Shown piece after piece: positions 49,875-62,141 of a DNA stretch of 64,000 nucleotides. The translations under genes and the position numbers were made by a program. The DNA is taken from the NCBI GenBank assembly GCA_963845535.1, contig CAWJSK010000019.1, positions 128,001 to 192,000 on the forward strand, read 5' to 3'. The stretch's first letter is position 1; each line of letters starts with the position of its first letter. Source of the stretch: an uncultured Spirochaetota bacterium. Its GTDB lineage: Bacteria > Spirochaetota > Spirochaetia > SZUA-6 > Fen-1364. Below the pieces are notes generated by a model. It did no database searches. It saw only the letters and a list, made by a program, of their open reading frames with translations, and was not told the DNA's origin.

Positions 49875-51370
49875 GCGCCACCCCCAACCGTAGCGAGCAC
49901 CCCGGTTACCGCCTGGTCCACCACGCGCAGGATGGGCTGGGGGAAGAGCCCCAGCACCACCAGGAGCGCAATCATGACGTACAGCACGCCGGTTTCCAGG
50001 ACAGAGAGGTCCGGAAACACCCATTTTTCACGCGGGCTTCCGTGGAAAGCAAGCTGGATCATCCGAAGCGCATACACCATGGCGATCACGAGGCCGACGC
50101 CCCCGAGCACTGCCACCACGACGCTTACGCGATACGTCCCCAGAAGGACGAGGAACTCCGAGACGAAGTTCACGAGCCCTGGGAGCCCCACGAGGGCCAT
50201 TGCAAGGACCATGGCAGCCGCCCCCATTCGGGGCGCCTGGCGCCATAGCCCGCCCATGCGGTTGAGGTCACGCGTGTGGATCCTGTCCTGCAGGAACCCG
50301 ACCAGGATGAAAAGCGCCCCCGTGCTGATCCCGTGGCTCACCATCTGCAGGACGGCGCCGGAGAGGGCAATGCTGTTGAACACGTAAATCCCCAGCAGGA
50401 CGAACCCGAGATGGCTTACGCTCGTGTAGGCCACAAGGCGCTTCATGTCGGTCTGTCCGAAGGCCATGAACCCGCCGTACAGGATCCCCGCCACGGCCAG
50501 GGCGATGGCGATGGGAGCGAACTGCCGCGAGGCGGCGGGAAAGAGGGGGATCACGAAACGGATGAAGCCGTACCCTCCCGTCTTCAGGAGGAGGCCCGCA
50601 AGGATCACGCTGCCGGCGGTGGGCGCTTCCGTGTGGGCGTCCGGAAGCCACGTATGAAGAGGGAACAGGGGGAGCTTGACCGCGAAGGCGGCGAAGAAGC
50701 CGAGCATGAGGAGCATGCCAATGACGGGTGAAAGGCTTGTTCCGAGCAGATCCCGGTAGTCGAAGGAAAGCGTTCCGCTTGCCATCCCGTGGACCACGGC
50801 CAGGCCGATGATGGCCACGAGCATCAGGAGCCCGCCGATCTGCGTGAAGAGGAAGAACTTGATGGCCGCCTTGTGACGGTTCTCATGTCCCCAGAGGTCT
50901 ATCAGGAAATACATGGGGATGAGCATCAACTCCCAGAAGAACGCGAACAGGAAGAGGTCAAGGGCAAGGAATACGCCGTTGACCCCCGCGAGGACCAGGG
51001 AGAGGTTGAGGTGGAAGAAACCGACCCGGTCACGAATACCGGTCCACGAGGCCAGGACGGACATGATCCCGAGGAACGCCGTCAGCGCGAGCATGATCAG
51101 GCTGAGGCCGTCCAGGCCAAGGGAGAAGGAAATCCCGAGGCTCGGGATCCACGGCCATTTCTCCAGCGCAAGCCATGGCGGAGCGGCCGGCTGCATCTGG
51201 AGCGCACCCGGGAGGCCGTAGTAGGCCACCCACAGAAGCGCAACCAGGAGCAGGTTGACAATGTTCGCCGACAGGGCGAGCCAGCGGCTCACAAGGGGAT
51301 GCCGCGGGCCGAACGCCCAGCCGACAAGCCCGAAAAGAAGGGGAATGGCGATGATTACGACAAGGATCAT
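49871..51370 (-). CDS. nuoM: NADH-quinone oxidoreductase subunit M
   Basis: FWELMLIP, HTWLPDAHTEAPT, KRLVAYTSVSH. Confidence 0.94.
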   Translation of the reverse strand: MILVVIIAIPLLFGLVGWAFGPRHPLVSRWLALSANIVNLLLVALLWVAYYGLPGALQMQPAAPPWLALEKWPWIPSLGISFSLGLDGLSLIMLALTAFLGIMSVLASWTGIRDRVGFFHLNLSLVLAGVNGVFLALDLFLFAFFWELMLIPMYFLIDLWGHENRHKAAIKFFLFTQIGGLLMLVAIIGLAVVHGMASGTLSFDYRDLLGTSLSPVIGMLLMLGFFAAFAVKLPLFPLHTWLPDAHTEAPTAGSVILAGLLLKTGGYGFIRFVIPLFPAASRQFAPIAIALAVAGILYGGFMAFGQTDMKRLVAYTSVSHLGFVLLGIYVFNSIALSGAVLQMVSHGISTGALFILVGFLQDRIHTRDLNRMGGLWRQAPRMGAAAMVLAMALVGLPGLVNFVSEFLVLLGTYRVSVVVAVLGGVGLVIAMVYALRMIQLAFHGSPREKWVFPDLSVLETGVLYVMIALLVVLGLFPQPILRVVDQAVTGVLATVGGGA

Positions 51371-53410
51371 AGCAGCACCGCCGCGGCAATCACCAGGGCG
51401 GCTCCCGCGGCCACTCCAGCCGCATACCAACGGACCCTGCCGTTCTGGGTCCAGCGGAACGCACGGGAGAACAGCATGCTCAAGCCTCCCACGCCGTCGG
51501 AGATGCGGTCCGCAACGTCGCGCTTGTTCACGTCCCAGAGCCAGACGAACGGACGCACGATGGCGCGGTCATACAGCCAGTCGAACCCCATCCCGCCGGA
51601 GAAAAATCGGACAAACGCCGGGCGCGCTGTCGGGGCTGCCGCCGGTCCGGAGCTGCCCAGACGACAGTTACCGCCGCGCTGGTGGCAGGCGCGGGCATCT
51701 GTGTCACCATGCGGACGGCGCGCCGGGAGACAAGCCACCCCACCGGGATGCCCAGGAGGGAGACGGCTTCAGAGATGATCTGCAGGATGCTGTCCGTGGA
51801 AAGCGGCATCTCTGCCGCGCGCGGGCCGGCGGGAAGCGCCGTCTCCAGGAAGCGCGTGATGAAAGGACTTCCCCCGAGGGTCCTCGGCAGGTCCAGAAAC
51901 CCGCCGGCAACGCACAGCACCGCCAGTATCAGGAGTGGCACGCCCATGATGACGCCCGCCTGCCTTCCGTCACGGCCGGCCGCGAGGCCCGCCTTGCCGT
52001 GTGCTCCGCCGTGAGGGGCGTCATCGGCCGTTTCGTCGGCGGCCGTGCCGTGGCCGGGCCGGCCTCCCGAGGCTTGCCGCCAAACACCGTGAAGATGAGC
52101 CGGAACGTGTACACCGAAGTGACGAAGACCCCGAGGACGCCGAGCACCCACAAGATGCGCCCGCCGCTTCCCGACTCCCACACGCGGGAGAGGATCAGCT
52201 CTTTGCTCGCAAAGCCCGCCGTGGTGGGCGGGAGAGCGGTGAGGGCCAACGCGCCCAGGAGGAACGTCCAGAACGTGTACGGAGATTTTCGGGCCAGCCC
52301 ACCCATGGCGAAGATGTCATGCTCATGGTTCATGGCCAGGATGAGGACTCCCGCGGCAAGGAAGAGGAGGGACTTGAAGAACGCGTGCGTGACGAGGTGG
52401 AAGATGGCTCCCGACCAGGCACCCACCCCAAGGGCAAGGAACATGTAACCGAGCTGGCTCATGGTGGAGTAGGCGAGCACGCGCTTGATGTTCGTCTGAG
52501 CGAGCGCGCTGAACCCTGCCACGAGGACCCCGCTGATCCCGATGATGGCCGTTGCCGTCATGACCACCGGTGCGAGGGTGAAAAGAACATGGGTCCTCGC
52601 TATCAGGTAGACTCCGGCCGTCACCATGGTGGCCGCGTGGATCAGGGCGCTCACGGGAGAAGGGCCGGCCATTGCGTCCGCGAGCCACGTCTGAAGCGGA
52701 AGCTGGGCGGACTTGCCCACGGCGCCGCCAAGGATCAGCGCCGCCGCCGCAACGGCGATTGCGGAGCCCGGAGCCCATGATGAGGCGGCCTTGCCGGCCA
52801 CGGCGGCGATATCAAGCGTTCCCAGGTTCGTTGCAATCAGGAAAAGCCCGATGAACAGGGCAACGTCGCCCACGCGTGTGACAATGAACGCCTTTCGCGC
52901 CGATCTTCCGTTCTCCGGGTCCGTGTACCAGAACCCGATGAGGAGGTAGCTGCACAAGCCCACTCCTTCCCAGCCCAGGTACAAGAGAAGGAGGTTTCCC
53001 GCCAGCACAAGGAGGAGCATGGAACCGACGAACAGGTTCATGTACGCGAAGAACCTGCTGTACCCTTCTTCTCCGCCCATGAAACGCACTGAGTAGAGGT
53101 GGATCAGGAAGCCGATGACGGTGACGACAAGGATCATGACCGCTGACAGCGCATCAAGGGTGAGGGAGACGCTCGGAGAGAACCCTCCGGCGCTCACCCA
53201 CTGCCAAAGCGTTACGGTCACCGAACCTCCCGAAGGGGGTGAGACCCAGAAGAGCCAGACCGCGGCGGCGGAAGCGAGCATCGAGAGCCCCACGGAGCCC
53301 GTGCCAACGGCGGCAACACCGGCGGAATGCATCCGCCCTCCGAGCATGGCAAGGATGAGAAACCCCAGGAGCGGAAGCGCCGGTATCAGCCACATCCAGC
53401 TCATGATCAT
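51367..53410 (-). CDS. nuoL: NADH-quinone oxidoreductase subunit L (two apparent frameshifts near 52057 and 51660-51700)
   Basis: [37 protein letters not shown]; the C-terminal parts ([15 protein letters not shown]...QNGRVRWYA) lie in two other frames. Confidence 0.9.
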
Positions 53411-53760
53411 GCGTTCCCTCCGCGAGCAAGCTTGTGCGGCTCGTCGCGGACCTGCGTGCCGCCGACACCGAACGCGTCTGAATCCAGGTCCTTGCGCCGG
53501 CTGTACAGAAGGAGGATGAGCGCAAGACCAACGGCCACTTCCGCGGCAGCCATGGAAAGAAGGAAGATGAACATCACCTGGCCGTCAGCCTGGCCCCAGC
53601 GGGAGCCGGCCACGATGAACGCGAGTCCCGCGGCGTTGAGCATGATTTCCACGCACAACAGGATGAAGAGCAGGTTGCGCCGCACGAGCAAGCCGACGAG
53701 CCCCAGGAGGAACAGCGCTGCGGCAACCGCAAGGCCGTATTCAAAGGGAACGGATGCCAT
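53407..53760 (-). CDS. nuoK: NADH-quinone oxidoreductase subunit K
   Basis: [27 protein letters not shown]. Confidence 0.94.
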   Translation of the reverse strand: MASVPFEYGLAVAAALFLLGLVGLLVRRNLLFILLCVEIMLNAAGLAFIVAGSRWGQADGQVMFIFLLSMAAAEVAVGLALILLLYSRRKDLDSDAFGVGGTQVRDEPHKLARGGNA

Positions 53761-54255
53761 CTAGTCCCCCTTTCTCCCCAGCGACACGGCAAGGCGGCGC
53801 CCCAGGTGGAACGCGCCGACCAGCCCTGCAAGAAGGAGAAACGCCGTCACTTCGACGCCAATGAGATAAGGACCGAGGAGAGACATTCCCACCTGGCGGG
53901 GAGTGACTTCCTTCACCGCCAGCGCAGCCGGCCGCCCGGCGGTAATGACGTAGACAAGCTCCGCCAGGAGAATGAGCCCCAGGATCACGGGCCCCATCCA
54001 CGTCCGCGGGCTCACCGTGTCATTGCGCGGCCCGATCAGCATGATCACGAACACGAACAGGACCATGATGGCCCCGGCGTAGATGATGACTTCCAGGGCG
54101 GCAACGAACGCGGCGCCGAGGAGGAACATGATGACCGCAACGGCCAGGAGCGACACAACGAGGTACAGCAGGGCATGGACCGCGTTGCGCCTCGTGATGA
54201 CCATGACCGTGGCCGCAATTGCGACGCACGCGCTGACGGCATAGACGAGGTTCAC
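53761..54255 (-). CDS. nuoJ: NADH-quinone oxidoreductase subunit J
   Basis: [24 protein letters not shown]. Confidence 0.93.
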   Translation of the reverse strand: MNLVYAVSACVAIAATVMVITRRNAVHALLYLVVSLLAVAVIMFLLGAAFVAALEVIIYAGAIMVLFVFVIMLIGPRNDTVSPRTWMGPVILGLILLAELVYVITAGRPAALAVKEVTPRQVGMSLLGPYLIGVEVTAFLLLAGLVGAFHLGRRLAVSLGRKGD

Positions 54256-54767
54256 GGCAGGAGGCTCCGCAGGTTGACCGGCGGCCTCTCGTTCTCAGCC
54301 TCTCCCTTGCCCTTGCCGCTGATCTCCATCCCGGAAACCCGATAGAAATTGTATCCGGGGTACTTGCCCTGGCCCGCTATAAGGAGGTCCTCCTTCTCAT
54401 ACACGAGGTTTTGGCGGTCGTACTCCGCCATCTCGTAGTCGGGGGTGAGCTGGATGGCGAACGTAGGGCAGGCTTCCTCGCAGAAGCCGCAGTAGATGCA
54501 GCGGGAAAAGTTTATCCGGAAGAACTCGGGGTAGCGCCGGCCTTTCTCATCGATGGCGGCCTGGAGGGAGATGCAGGAAACCGGGCACGCCACGGAACAC
54601 AGGTAGCAGGCGACGCAGCGCTCCTCACCGTCGGGGTCGCGGGTCAGGACGATCCGTCCGCGCCAGCGGGCGGGAAGCGCGCGCTTCTTCTCGGGATACA
54701 GGACCGTCACCCTCTTGTGGAAGGCGTGGCGGAAAGTGACCCACAGGGTCCTCAGGATGCTCCACAT
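54252..54767 (-). CDS. nuoI: NADH-quinone oxidoreductase subunit I
   Basis: [24 protein letters not shown]. Confidence 0.95.
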   Translation of the reverse strand: MWSILRTLWVTFRHAFHKRVTVLYPEKKRALPARWRGRIVLTRDPDGEERCVACYLCSVACPVSCISLQAAIDEKGRRYPEFFRINFSRCIYCGFCEEACPTFAIQLTPDYEMAEYDRQNLVYEKEDLLIAGQGKYPGYNFYRVSGMEISGKGKGEAENERPPVNLRSLLP

Positions 54768-54815
54768 GACACAAGACTCCTTCGCGGGACGCCGCGGAGC
54801 GCCCCGAGCAATTCC

Positions 54816-55774
54816 TCAGTGACCGACTGCCAGCACAACGGCGCCGGTCACGGCCAGGTTCACGAGCGAGAGCGGAAGCATGACCTTCCACCCGAAGGCA
54901 AGAAGCTGATCGTAGCGGGGCCGGGGCAGCGCCGCGCGCACAAGGATGAACAGGCAGAGGAAGGCGCCCGTCTTCAGAAGGAACCAGACGATAGGGGGAA
55001 GCACCGGTCCCTGCCAGCCGCCAAAGAACAGCGTCACGATCATCATCGAGATCAGCGTGATCCCGATGTATTCCCCGACATAGAACATTGCGAACTTGAA
55101 GCCCGAGTACTCGGTGTGGTAGCCGGCAACCAGCTCGCTTTCCGCCTCCGGCAGGTCGAAGGGCAGCCTTCGCGTCTCTGCCAGGCCGGGCAATGAAGAA
55201 GACCACGAAGCCCACAAATTGCGGAACCACGAACCACAGGCCGCGCTGCGCCGCCACGATGTCCCTGAGGCTGAGCGAGCCGGCCATCACCACCACTCCC
55301 AGGAGGGAGATGCCCATGAACACTTCGTAGCTCACCATCTGGCCCACCGCGCGGATGCCGCCCAGGAGGCTGAACTTGTTGTTGGAGGACCACCCCGCCA
55401 GGGCAACGCTGTACACCGCGAATGAGGACATGGCCAGGAAGAAGAGCAGGCCGATATCCAGGTCGGACACGAGTATGGACGGGGGCAATCGGGATGACGG
55501 CAAACGACGCAAGCGTTGTCACCATGATGATTGCCGGCGCAATGATGAACACGGCTTTGTCCGCAAACGGAGGTATCCAGTTCTCCTTGGTGAAGATCTT
55601 CACCATGTCGGCAACCACCTGGAGAACCCCGAATGGGCCCGCGCGGTTGGGTCCGTACCTTTCCTGGAAGGACCCCAGGAGCCGCCGTTCCACCCATATG
55701 ACGCCTGCGGCAATGAGCATCACCCCGACGATGACCCCAATGATGACGATGACGGAAATGCCAGCGGCGCTCAT
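54816..55774 (-). CDS. nuoH: NADH-quinone oxidoreductase subunit H (two apparent frameshifts at 55481-55485 and 55188-55190)
   Basis: ERR...[48 protein letters not shown] spread over three frames. Confidence 0.9.
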
Positions 55775-58506
55775 GGTGAGCCTCCGGCAGCGCTGCTCAC
55801 CCGCGCCCTGTCGGGCAACTCCCGCACCGGCATTCCGGGGACGCCCCAGGGAACGCTCGCGACCCCGGGAGGCAGGTCACGCACCAGCACGGTGAGCGTT
55901 GCGGAAGCCGTTCCTTTTCCATCCTGGACGGTCACGAGCGCTTTGCCGCCTTCCCCGAGCCCAAGCGCTTTCGCATCCGCCGCGCTCATGGCGAGATAGG
56001 GAGCGGGGGTCCGTGAGGCAATTCCTCGGGAAAGCGCGGACAGCTCCTCCGAGCCGAACACGTGGTGTCGGGCAACAAGCAGCAGCGTGCCGGGTCCTCC
56101 AGCAGGCGCGGGAGGGGACGCAGGGAAGTAGGCGCCGCCTGCCTGCGTCCGCGGTTCCAAAATGCGCACGCCAGCGTCTCCCCCGCGCAGCGGACCGCCC
56201 ACTTCGATCTGGAACTTGTTGAGCGACTGGTCAGAGTTCCAACCCGGGGACCAGAACCTCGGGATGAGGGGGGACGGCGGCTGCTGGAGCATGCCTTCCA
56301 TGGTGTATGCCAGCGGGGAATCTGCGTCCTGCGCGGGCCGGGGCTCGTGGAGGTTGATGTGGGCCGTGACGGCTGTGCGCCCCGTTTCCCGATGGCTCTT
56401 TCGGGGTATTGCCTGCCCCACCACGCGGAAGCTTGATAGCGGGGCCGCATCCCGTATCCCGGCGAGCTCCGGCATCCCGGTTGCAATCTCGGCGAGCAGG
56501 GCATCCAGGCTTTCCCACCCCGCGGCGCGTTTGCCAATGAACGCGGCAAGCTCTCCCAACCAGCTCCAGCCCTCACGGGCAGGCGCCACGGGAGGGAAGA
56601 CCGCGAAGAACCTCTGCGCTCTACCTTCAAGGGACACAAGCGTCCCGCTGGATTCGGCGTATGTCGAGGAAGGAAGGAGGACGTGTGTCTTTTCCGTAGT
56701 GCCATTGGCGGTGTGATCCAGGACAACAACGAAACGCGCTGCGGCCAGGAGAGAATCAGCGGTTTCCGCGCTCACTTCGTGGAACAGGTCACCCTCGGCA
56801 ATCACCAAGGCGGCGCCTGCTTTCTCCGTGAGAGCCTTGCGCGCTGACTCGATCCCCCCGCTGGCCATCATGGCAAGGGCAAGGCTGTTCGCTTCAGGGA
56901 AAACAAAGCTGATCTTCGGCGCCTTGCCGGCCGCCTTGAGCGCGCGCGTGATGTTGGCGGCGGCCTGGATGATCTCGGGGCTGCCCAGGCCGCAGCCGCT
57001 GACAACGAGCGGCTTCTCGGAAAGCATGAACGCCCGCGCAATGCGCTGCGCAGTGAGGCGGTTGTCATCTGATAACCCGTCAACGTCCGGCGCGGCAGGA
57101 TCAAGCTCGTGCGCAACGGCGAACCCCAGGCGAGCTATATCCCGGGGCGCGGCGCGGAAGCACTCCATGGCAACTTCATCCAGCTCGGTGGGTTCAACGC
57201 TTGCCACAAAGAACGGGCCCTTCTTGTCATGGATGGCCTCCCGCAGGGCGGCGTCCTCCCACCTGTTGATGCGCTTCTGCTTCATGGCGGCGGCAGCAGG
57301 AACGTTGACGGCCGCCTGCCGGAGGGTGAGCGCCAGGATGGGCGCCGTGTTCCAGACGTCTTCTCCCAGGACCATCACTGCGTCAGATGCCCCCGCATCA
57401 CGCAGTGATGCGCTGGGGGCCGGGCCTTCCCGCAGGACGTCCAGCATCTGGCGCACCAGGGCAAAACGGGAGTCGCTTGTCGCGGCAAAGAAGCTCTGCG
57501 CGCCGACCAGCTCGCGGAGCGCGAAGTTCGTCTCAACGGAGGCGCGCGCTGAGCCTATTCCGACCAGGTGAGCGTCCTTGAGCGCTTCCGCGGCCCGGGA
57601 GAACGCCTCCGCAGGCTCGGCCTCCGTGAGCGTGCCTTCCTTGCGGACCATTGCCTTACGGACCCGCGAAGCGCCGTTCACGAACTCGTAGCCGTAGCGG
57701 CCCCGGTCACAGAGGAAGTAGCCGTTCACCTCGCCGTTGTAACGCGTGCGCACGCGCCGAAGCATGCCGTAGCGCTCGCCGGGGGTCGTGTTGCACCCCA
57801 CCGCGCAATGCGCGCAGATGGACGGCGCGGTCTGCAGGTCCCACTTGCGCGTGTAATGCTCTCGCAGCGTCTTGTCCGTGAACACCCCGGTGGGACAGAC
57901 CTCCACGAGGTTCCCGCTGAACTCGTTTTCCAGAACGCCGTCTTCATGGCGGCCGAAGTAGACGTTGTCATGCGCGCCAAGGACTTCCAGGTCCCGGCCG
58001 CCAGCATAGTCCCGGTAGAAACGGATGCACCGGTAGCACTGGATGCACCGGTTCATCTCATGGTTGAGGAAAGGCCCGAGGTTCTGGTTCTTGTGCGTGC
58101 GCTTGGTGAACCGGTAGCGGCGGTAGGTGTGCCCTGTCATCACCGTCATATCTTGCAGGTGGCACTCGCCCCCCTCATCGCAGATGGGGCAGTCATGGGG
58201 ATGGTTCACCATGAGCCATTCGGTGACACGGGCGCGCATCTCGCAGGCTTCGGGATCATCCACGGCAACCCGCATCCCGTCAGTCACAGGAGTCATGCAG
58301 GACATCACAATACGTCCCCGCGTGTCGTTGGCGTCCCGGAAAAGCTTGACCGCGCACTGTCGGCAGGCACCCACGGAATGCAGCGCGGGATGCCAGCAGA
58401 AATAGGGGAGGTTGAACCCCAGGGAGAGGCAGACCTGGAGGAGGTTCTTTCCTTCTCCATCCACCTGGTACGGACGTCCGTCTATCGTTATGGCCAGTTG
58501 TTTCAT
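55771..58506 (-). CDS. nuoG: NADH-quinone oxidoreductase subunit G (long form with the extra N7-type cluster)
   Basis: FCWHP..GACRQC, HDCPICDEGGEC, CIQCYRC, CAHCAVGC. Confidence 0.95.
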   Translation of the reverse strand: MKQLAITIDGRPYQVDGEGKNLLQVCLSLGFNLPYFCWHPALHSVGACRQCAVKLFRDANDTRGRIVMSCMTPVTDGMRVAVDDPEACEMRARVTEWLMVNHPHDCPICDEGGECHLQDMTVMTGHTYRRYRFTKRTHKNQNLGPFLNHEMNRCIQCYRCIRFYRDYAGGRDLEVLGAHDNVYFGRHEDGVLENEFSGNLVEVCPTGVFTDKTLREHYTRKWDLQTAPSICAHCAVGCNTTPGERYGMLRRVRTRYNGEVNGYFLCDRGRYGYEFVNGASRVRKAMVRKEGTLTEAEPAEAFSRAAEALKDAHLVGIGSARASVETNFALRELVGAQSFFAATSDSRFALVRQMLDVLREGPAPSASLRDAGASDAVMVLGEDVWNTAPILALTLRQAAVNVPAAAAMKQKRINRWEDAALREAIHDKKGPFFVASVEPTELDEVAMECFRAAPRDIARLGFAVAHELDPAAPDVDGLSDDNRLTAQRIARAFMLSEKPLVVSGCGLGSPEIIQAAANITRALKAAGKAPKISFVFPEANSLALAMMASGGIESARKALTEKAGAALVIAEGDLFHEVSAETADSLLAAARFVVVLDHTANGTTEKTHVLLPSSTYAESSGTLVSLEGRAQRFFAVFPPVAPAREGWSWLGELAAFIGKRAAGWESLDALLAEIATGMPELAGIRDAAPLSSFRVVGQAIPRKSHRETGRTAVTAHINLHEPRPAQDADSPLAYTMEGMLQQPPSPLIPRFWSPGWNSDQSLNKFQIEVGGPLRGGDAGVRILEPRTQAGGAYFPASPPAPAGGPGTLLLVARHHVFGSEELSALSRGIASRTPAPYLAMSAADAKALGLGEGGKALVTVQDGKGTASATLTVLVRDLPPGVASVPWGVPGMPVRELPDRARVSSAAGGSP

Positions 58507-59771
58507 GTGTAGGGGCACCTCTTCTGGCGGACATGCGCATCGAAGTCTTCCTTGAAAAGCCGCAGCGCGCTCTGAAGCGGCTCCACGGCCCCGGGGGCAA
58601 GGGCGCAGAACGTGCGGCCCGGCCCGAGGAGCTTGCAGTGCTGCTCAAGGATCTCGATGTCCCGCTGCTCGCCCTTCCCTTCCTCCATGGCCTGGAGGAT
58701 CTTTGCCACCCAGGGCAGGCCTTCCCGGCACGGGGTGCACCATCCGCAGGATTCGCGGGCGAAGAACTTTTCCAGGCTGAGGAGCATGCCGATGGGGCAG
58801 GTGTGATCATCAAGGACGACGATGGTTCCCGTCCCGAGCCTGCTTCCGGCCTTGGCCACGGAGTCGAAGTCCATTTTGACATCGAGCTGTTCGGCGGTGA
58901 GGAAATCAGTGGATGCGCCGCCGGGTATCAGGCCGCGCAGCTTCGCGCCGTCAGCCATTCCTCCCGCATGCTCCATGATGATCTCCCGGAGCGTCGTGCC
59001 CATGGGCAGCTCCCAGAGGCCGGGGTTTTTCACCTTTCCGCTCACGCCAAAAATCTTCGTGCCGGCGTCCACGGAGGCGCTGAGCGTCTTGTACCACTCC
59101 GGGCCTTCCCGCAGGATGTGGGGGACATTGCTCAGCGTCTCCACGTTGTTGACCACCGTGGGACGGCCCCACAGGCCGCTCACCTGCGGGAAAGGCGGTT
59201 TGTTTCGGGGGATGGCGCGCCGGCCTTCCAACGCGTTCAGGAGGCCGGTCTCTTCACCGCACATGTATCTGCCGGCGCTCAGGTGGAGACGCATCTCCAG
59301 ATTCCATGATGATCCCAGGATGCCCTTGCCGAGGTAGCCGCGCTGGTAGGCTTCCGCCATGGCCTGTTCAATGCGGCGCGCGGCCTGCGTGTATTCACGG
59401 CGAAGGAATATGTAGGCGATGTCCGCCTTGACCGCCCAGGCCGCGATGATGGTCCCTTCGATGAGCTGGTGCGTGTTGCCTTCGAGGAGCAGCCGGTCCT
59501 TCATGGTGCCCGGTTCCTTCTCATCCGCGTTCACCACCACATAGCGGTGGCCGGCCGCGTCATCCATGGGGACGAAGCTCCACTTCTGCCCGGTGGGAAA
59601 GCCCGCGCCGCCCCGGCCGCGCAAGCCGGACTTGATCACGGTCTGCTGGACTTCCTGCGGGGTTGCCCCCAGCGCCTTGCGCAGCCCCTGGTAGCCGCCG
59701 GCGGCTTCGTAGGCGCCGACGTCGAGGTAGTCGCGTCCCGGCCTGATGCTATCGGTGAGCGGAGTGGGCAT
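58503..59771 (-). CDS. nuoF: NADH-quinone oxidoreductase subunit F
   Basis: GLRGRGGAGFPTG, YMCGEET, ESCGWCTPCREG. Confidence 0.95.
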   Translation of the reverse strand: MPTPLTDSIRPGRDYLDVGAYEAAGGYQGLRKALGATPQEVQQTVIKSGLRGRGGAGFPTGQKWSFVPMDDAAGHRYVVVNADEKEPGTMKDRLLLEGNTHQLIEGTIIAAWAVKADIAYIFLRREYTQAARRIEQAMAEAYQRGYLGKGILGSSWNLEMRLHLSAGRYMCGEETGLLNALEGRRAIPRNKPPFPQVSGLWGRPTVVNNVETLSNVPHILREGPEWYKTLSASVDAGTKIFGVSGKVKNPGLWELPMGTTLREIIMEHAGGMADGAKLRGLIPGGASTDFLTAEQLDVKMDFDSVAKAGSRLGTGTIVVLDDHTCPIGMLLSLEKFFARESCGWCTPCREGLPWVAKILQAMEEGKGEQRDIEILEQHCKLLGPGRTFCALAPGAVEPLQSALRLFKEDFDAHVRQKRCPYT

Positions 59772-60243
59772 CTGGTTCCTTTCTGCAGTTGTCGATGATC
59801 TGGTCAGCCCGCTCGGGCGTGACGCTTTCCATGATTTCCCCGTCGACGAGAAGCGCGGGCCCCTTGTCGCAGGCGCCCAGGCAACCCACCGGTATGAGCG
59901 TGAACTGACCATCAGCCGTCGTTTCACCCAGGTCCACGCCCAGCCTTTTCTTGAGGTGTTCCGTCAGCTTCGGCTCACCCGTCACGTAGCAGCTCACGCT
60001 GTCACACACCATGATCACGTGCTTTCCCACCGGGCTGCGGTAGACCAGGTCGTAGAAGGTGGCAATTCCGTCCACCTCCTCCACGGTCATCTGCAGCGCC
60101 TCCGCCACGTCCGATATCGCCTCGGAGGAAACCCAGCCCCGGCTCTTCTGGAGGATCATGAGCGCCTCGGAGACGGCGCCCCGTTTCTGTTCGTGGTGAC
60201 GCAGCTCATTCTCGATGAGCTGCTTCTCCTTGTCGCTCAGCAT
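59749..60243 (-). CDS. nuoE: NADH-quinone oxidoreductase subunit E
   Basis: ATFY, VCDSVSC, CLGACDKGP. Confidence 0.94.
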   Translation of the reverse strand: MLSDKEKQLIENELRHHEQKRGAVSEALMILQKSRGWVSSEAISDVAEALQMTVEEVDGIATFYDLVYRSPVGKHVIMVCDSVSCYVTGEPKLTEHLKKRLGVDLGETTADGQFTLIPVGCLGACDKGPALLVDGEIMESVTPERADQIIDNCRKEPDAHSAHR

Positions 60244-60258
60244 CTCTCCTCCGCCCCC

Positions 60259-62046
60259 CTATCTGTCCAGATCTGCAAGCACATAGTCGATGCTCCCCAG
60301 GATGGTCACAAGGTCCGGCACGGTCAGCCCGCGGCTCATCATGGGCACCATCTGGATATGGGCGAAGGACGGCGTCCTGATGCGCGTGCGGTAGCTCATG
60401 GTACCTCCGTCGCTCACCAGGTAGTACCCATGGTTTCCTTTCGACCCTTCCGCGGCAAAGGTCGCTTCCCCCGGCGGAATGACCGGGCCCCAGCTCACCC
60501 CCAGGAAGTGGTTGATGAGCGTTTCGATGTCGTGCATGGTGCGCTCTTTGCGCGGCGGGGTTGCAAGGGGGTGGTCCGACTTGTATGGGCCCGAGGGCAT
60601 GTTGGCAAGGCACTGCTCGATGATCCGCAGGCTCTGATGCATCTCTTCCACGTGCACCGCAAGCCGGTCATAGGAGTCACCGTGCTGCGCCGTGGGAACG
60701 TCGAAATCGAACTTGTCATAACCGCCGTAAGGCCGGTTCTTTCGGATATCGTAGCTCACCCCGCTGGCGCGGAGGAACGGTCCCGTGGCGCCCCACTCCA
60801 GCGCTTCCGTGGCGCTCACGGTCCCTATCCCCACCATGCGAGCCTTCACCATCCGGTTTTTCATGACGGAAGCGTCGTAGTCCCGGAGCCTTTTATGCAT
60901 GTACGCGGTGAAGTCCCGAACCATCGTGTCCCAACCGACGGGCAGGTCCTGCGCGACCCCGCCAATGCGGAACCACGCCGGGTGCATGCGGCCGCCCGTG
61001 ACTGCTTCCACGATGTCGAACGCCCGCTCCCGGTCGGTGAACATCCAGAACACCATGGACATCTGGCCGATGTCCGCGGTGAACGTGCCGAAATAGACGA
61101 GGTGGCTGATGATGCGAAAGATCTCCGCCATCATGATGCGGATGACTTTTGCCCGGTCCGGGACCGTGATCCCCGCAAGGGTCTCGACCGCCAGGACGTA
61201 GGGGAAGTTATTGAGGACCCCGCCCAGGTAGTCAATGCGGTCCGTGTAGGGGATGTACGTATGCCAGCTCTGGCGTTCCCCCATTTTTTCAGCGCCCCTG
61301 TGGTGGAACCCGATCTCGGGGACCACGTCCACGATCTCCTCCCCGTCCAACTGCGCCACGAACCGAAGGACGCCGTGCGTGGACGGGTGCTGCGGGCCGA
61401 AGTTCAGGAACATGAACTCGTGGTCGTGGTCCTCCCGCTTCAACCCCCAGTCCTCGGGGCGGAACTCCATCATGGAGAGCATCCGGTGGGCGTCTTCGCT
61501 GGACATCTGGAACGGGCCCATCTCCGTGGCGCGCGCCGGATGCTCCTTGCGCAGCGGATGGCCCTCCCACCACGGCGGCATCAGGATGCGGAAAAGATGG
61601 GGGTGGCCGTCGAACTTTATCCCGAACATGTCCCAGACTTCCCGCTCGTACCAGTCTGCGTTGGAATAGATGGAGCTGACGGTGCCGACGCTCGGCTGGT
61701 CTCCGTGAAGGGCAACCTTGATGCGCACGTCCTGGTTGCGCTCCAGGGAAAGGAGATGGTAGACCACGGTGAAATCTGAGGCGGGCTGGCCCTCACGGTG
61801 AACCCGCGTGCGCTCATCTATCGCCGTGATGTCCCACAGCATTGGGTAGGCGCCCTCGGGGGAGCTTTTCAGGTGCTTCAAGACGCCCGGGAGAAGCTCA
61901 GGGCTTACCCACGCTGTCGGGATTCCGTCCTTTGTTGATTGGGGGAGAATTGCCCCCTGGCCGAAGCGGTCCGACAGCTCTTGGAGGATTCCTTGTGCCG
62001 TGCCGGCTTTGTTGGCCACTGCCTCAGCCCCCCGCGCTTCATCCAT
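60259..62046 (-). CDS. nuoCD: NADH-quinone oxidoreductase fused subunit C/D
   Basis: [17 protein letters not shown] (C) fused to GPQHPSTHG...DLDR (D). Confidence 0.95.
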   Translation of the reverse strand: MDEARGAEAVANKAGTAQGILQELSDRFGQGAILPQSTKDGIPTAWVSPELLPGVLKHLKSSPEGAYPMLWDITAIDERTRVHREGQPASDFTVVYHLLSLERNQDVRIKVALHGDQPSVGTVSSIYSNADWYEREVWDMFGIKFDGHPHLFRILMPPWWEGHPLRKEHPARATEMGPFQMSSEDAHRMLSMMEFRPEDWGLKREDHDHEFMFLNFGPQHPSTHGVLRFVAQLDGEEIVDVVPEIGFHHRGAEKMGERQSWHTYIPYTDRIDYLGGVLNNFPYVLAVETLAGITVPDRAKVIRIMMAEIFRIISHLVYFGTFTADIGQMSMVFWMFTDRERAFDIVEAVTGGRMHPAWFRIGGVAQDLPVGWDTMVRDFTAYMHKRLRDYDASVMKNRMVKARMVGIGTVSATEALEWGATGPFLRASGVSYDIRKNRPYGGYDKFDFDVPTAQHGDSYDRLAVHVEEMHQSLRIIEQCLANMPSGPYKSDHPLATPPRKERTMHDIETLINHFLGVSWGPVIPPGEATFAAEGSKGNHGYYLVSDGGTMSYRTRIRTPSFAHIQMVPMMSRGLTVPDLVTILGSIDYVLADLDR

Positions 62047-62141
62047 TCACTTTCTCCTCAAGGCGGTTCCGCCCGAAGGGCGGTCTCCGGTAGACATATC
62101 TGCTCTTGCAGTGGCTCCCATGCCCGACAACCTCATAAGGG

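Noticed and set aside
62058..62092. cUUCGg hairpin between nuoB and nuoCD as an ncRNA
   Set aside because: A single short stem near the RBS; most simply an mRNA stability or processing hairpin
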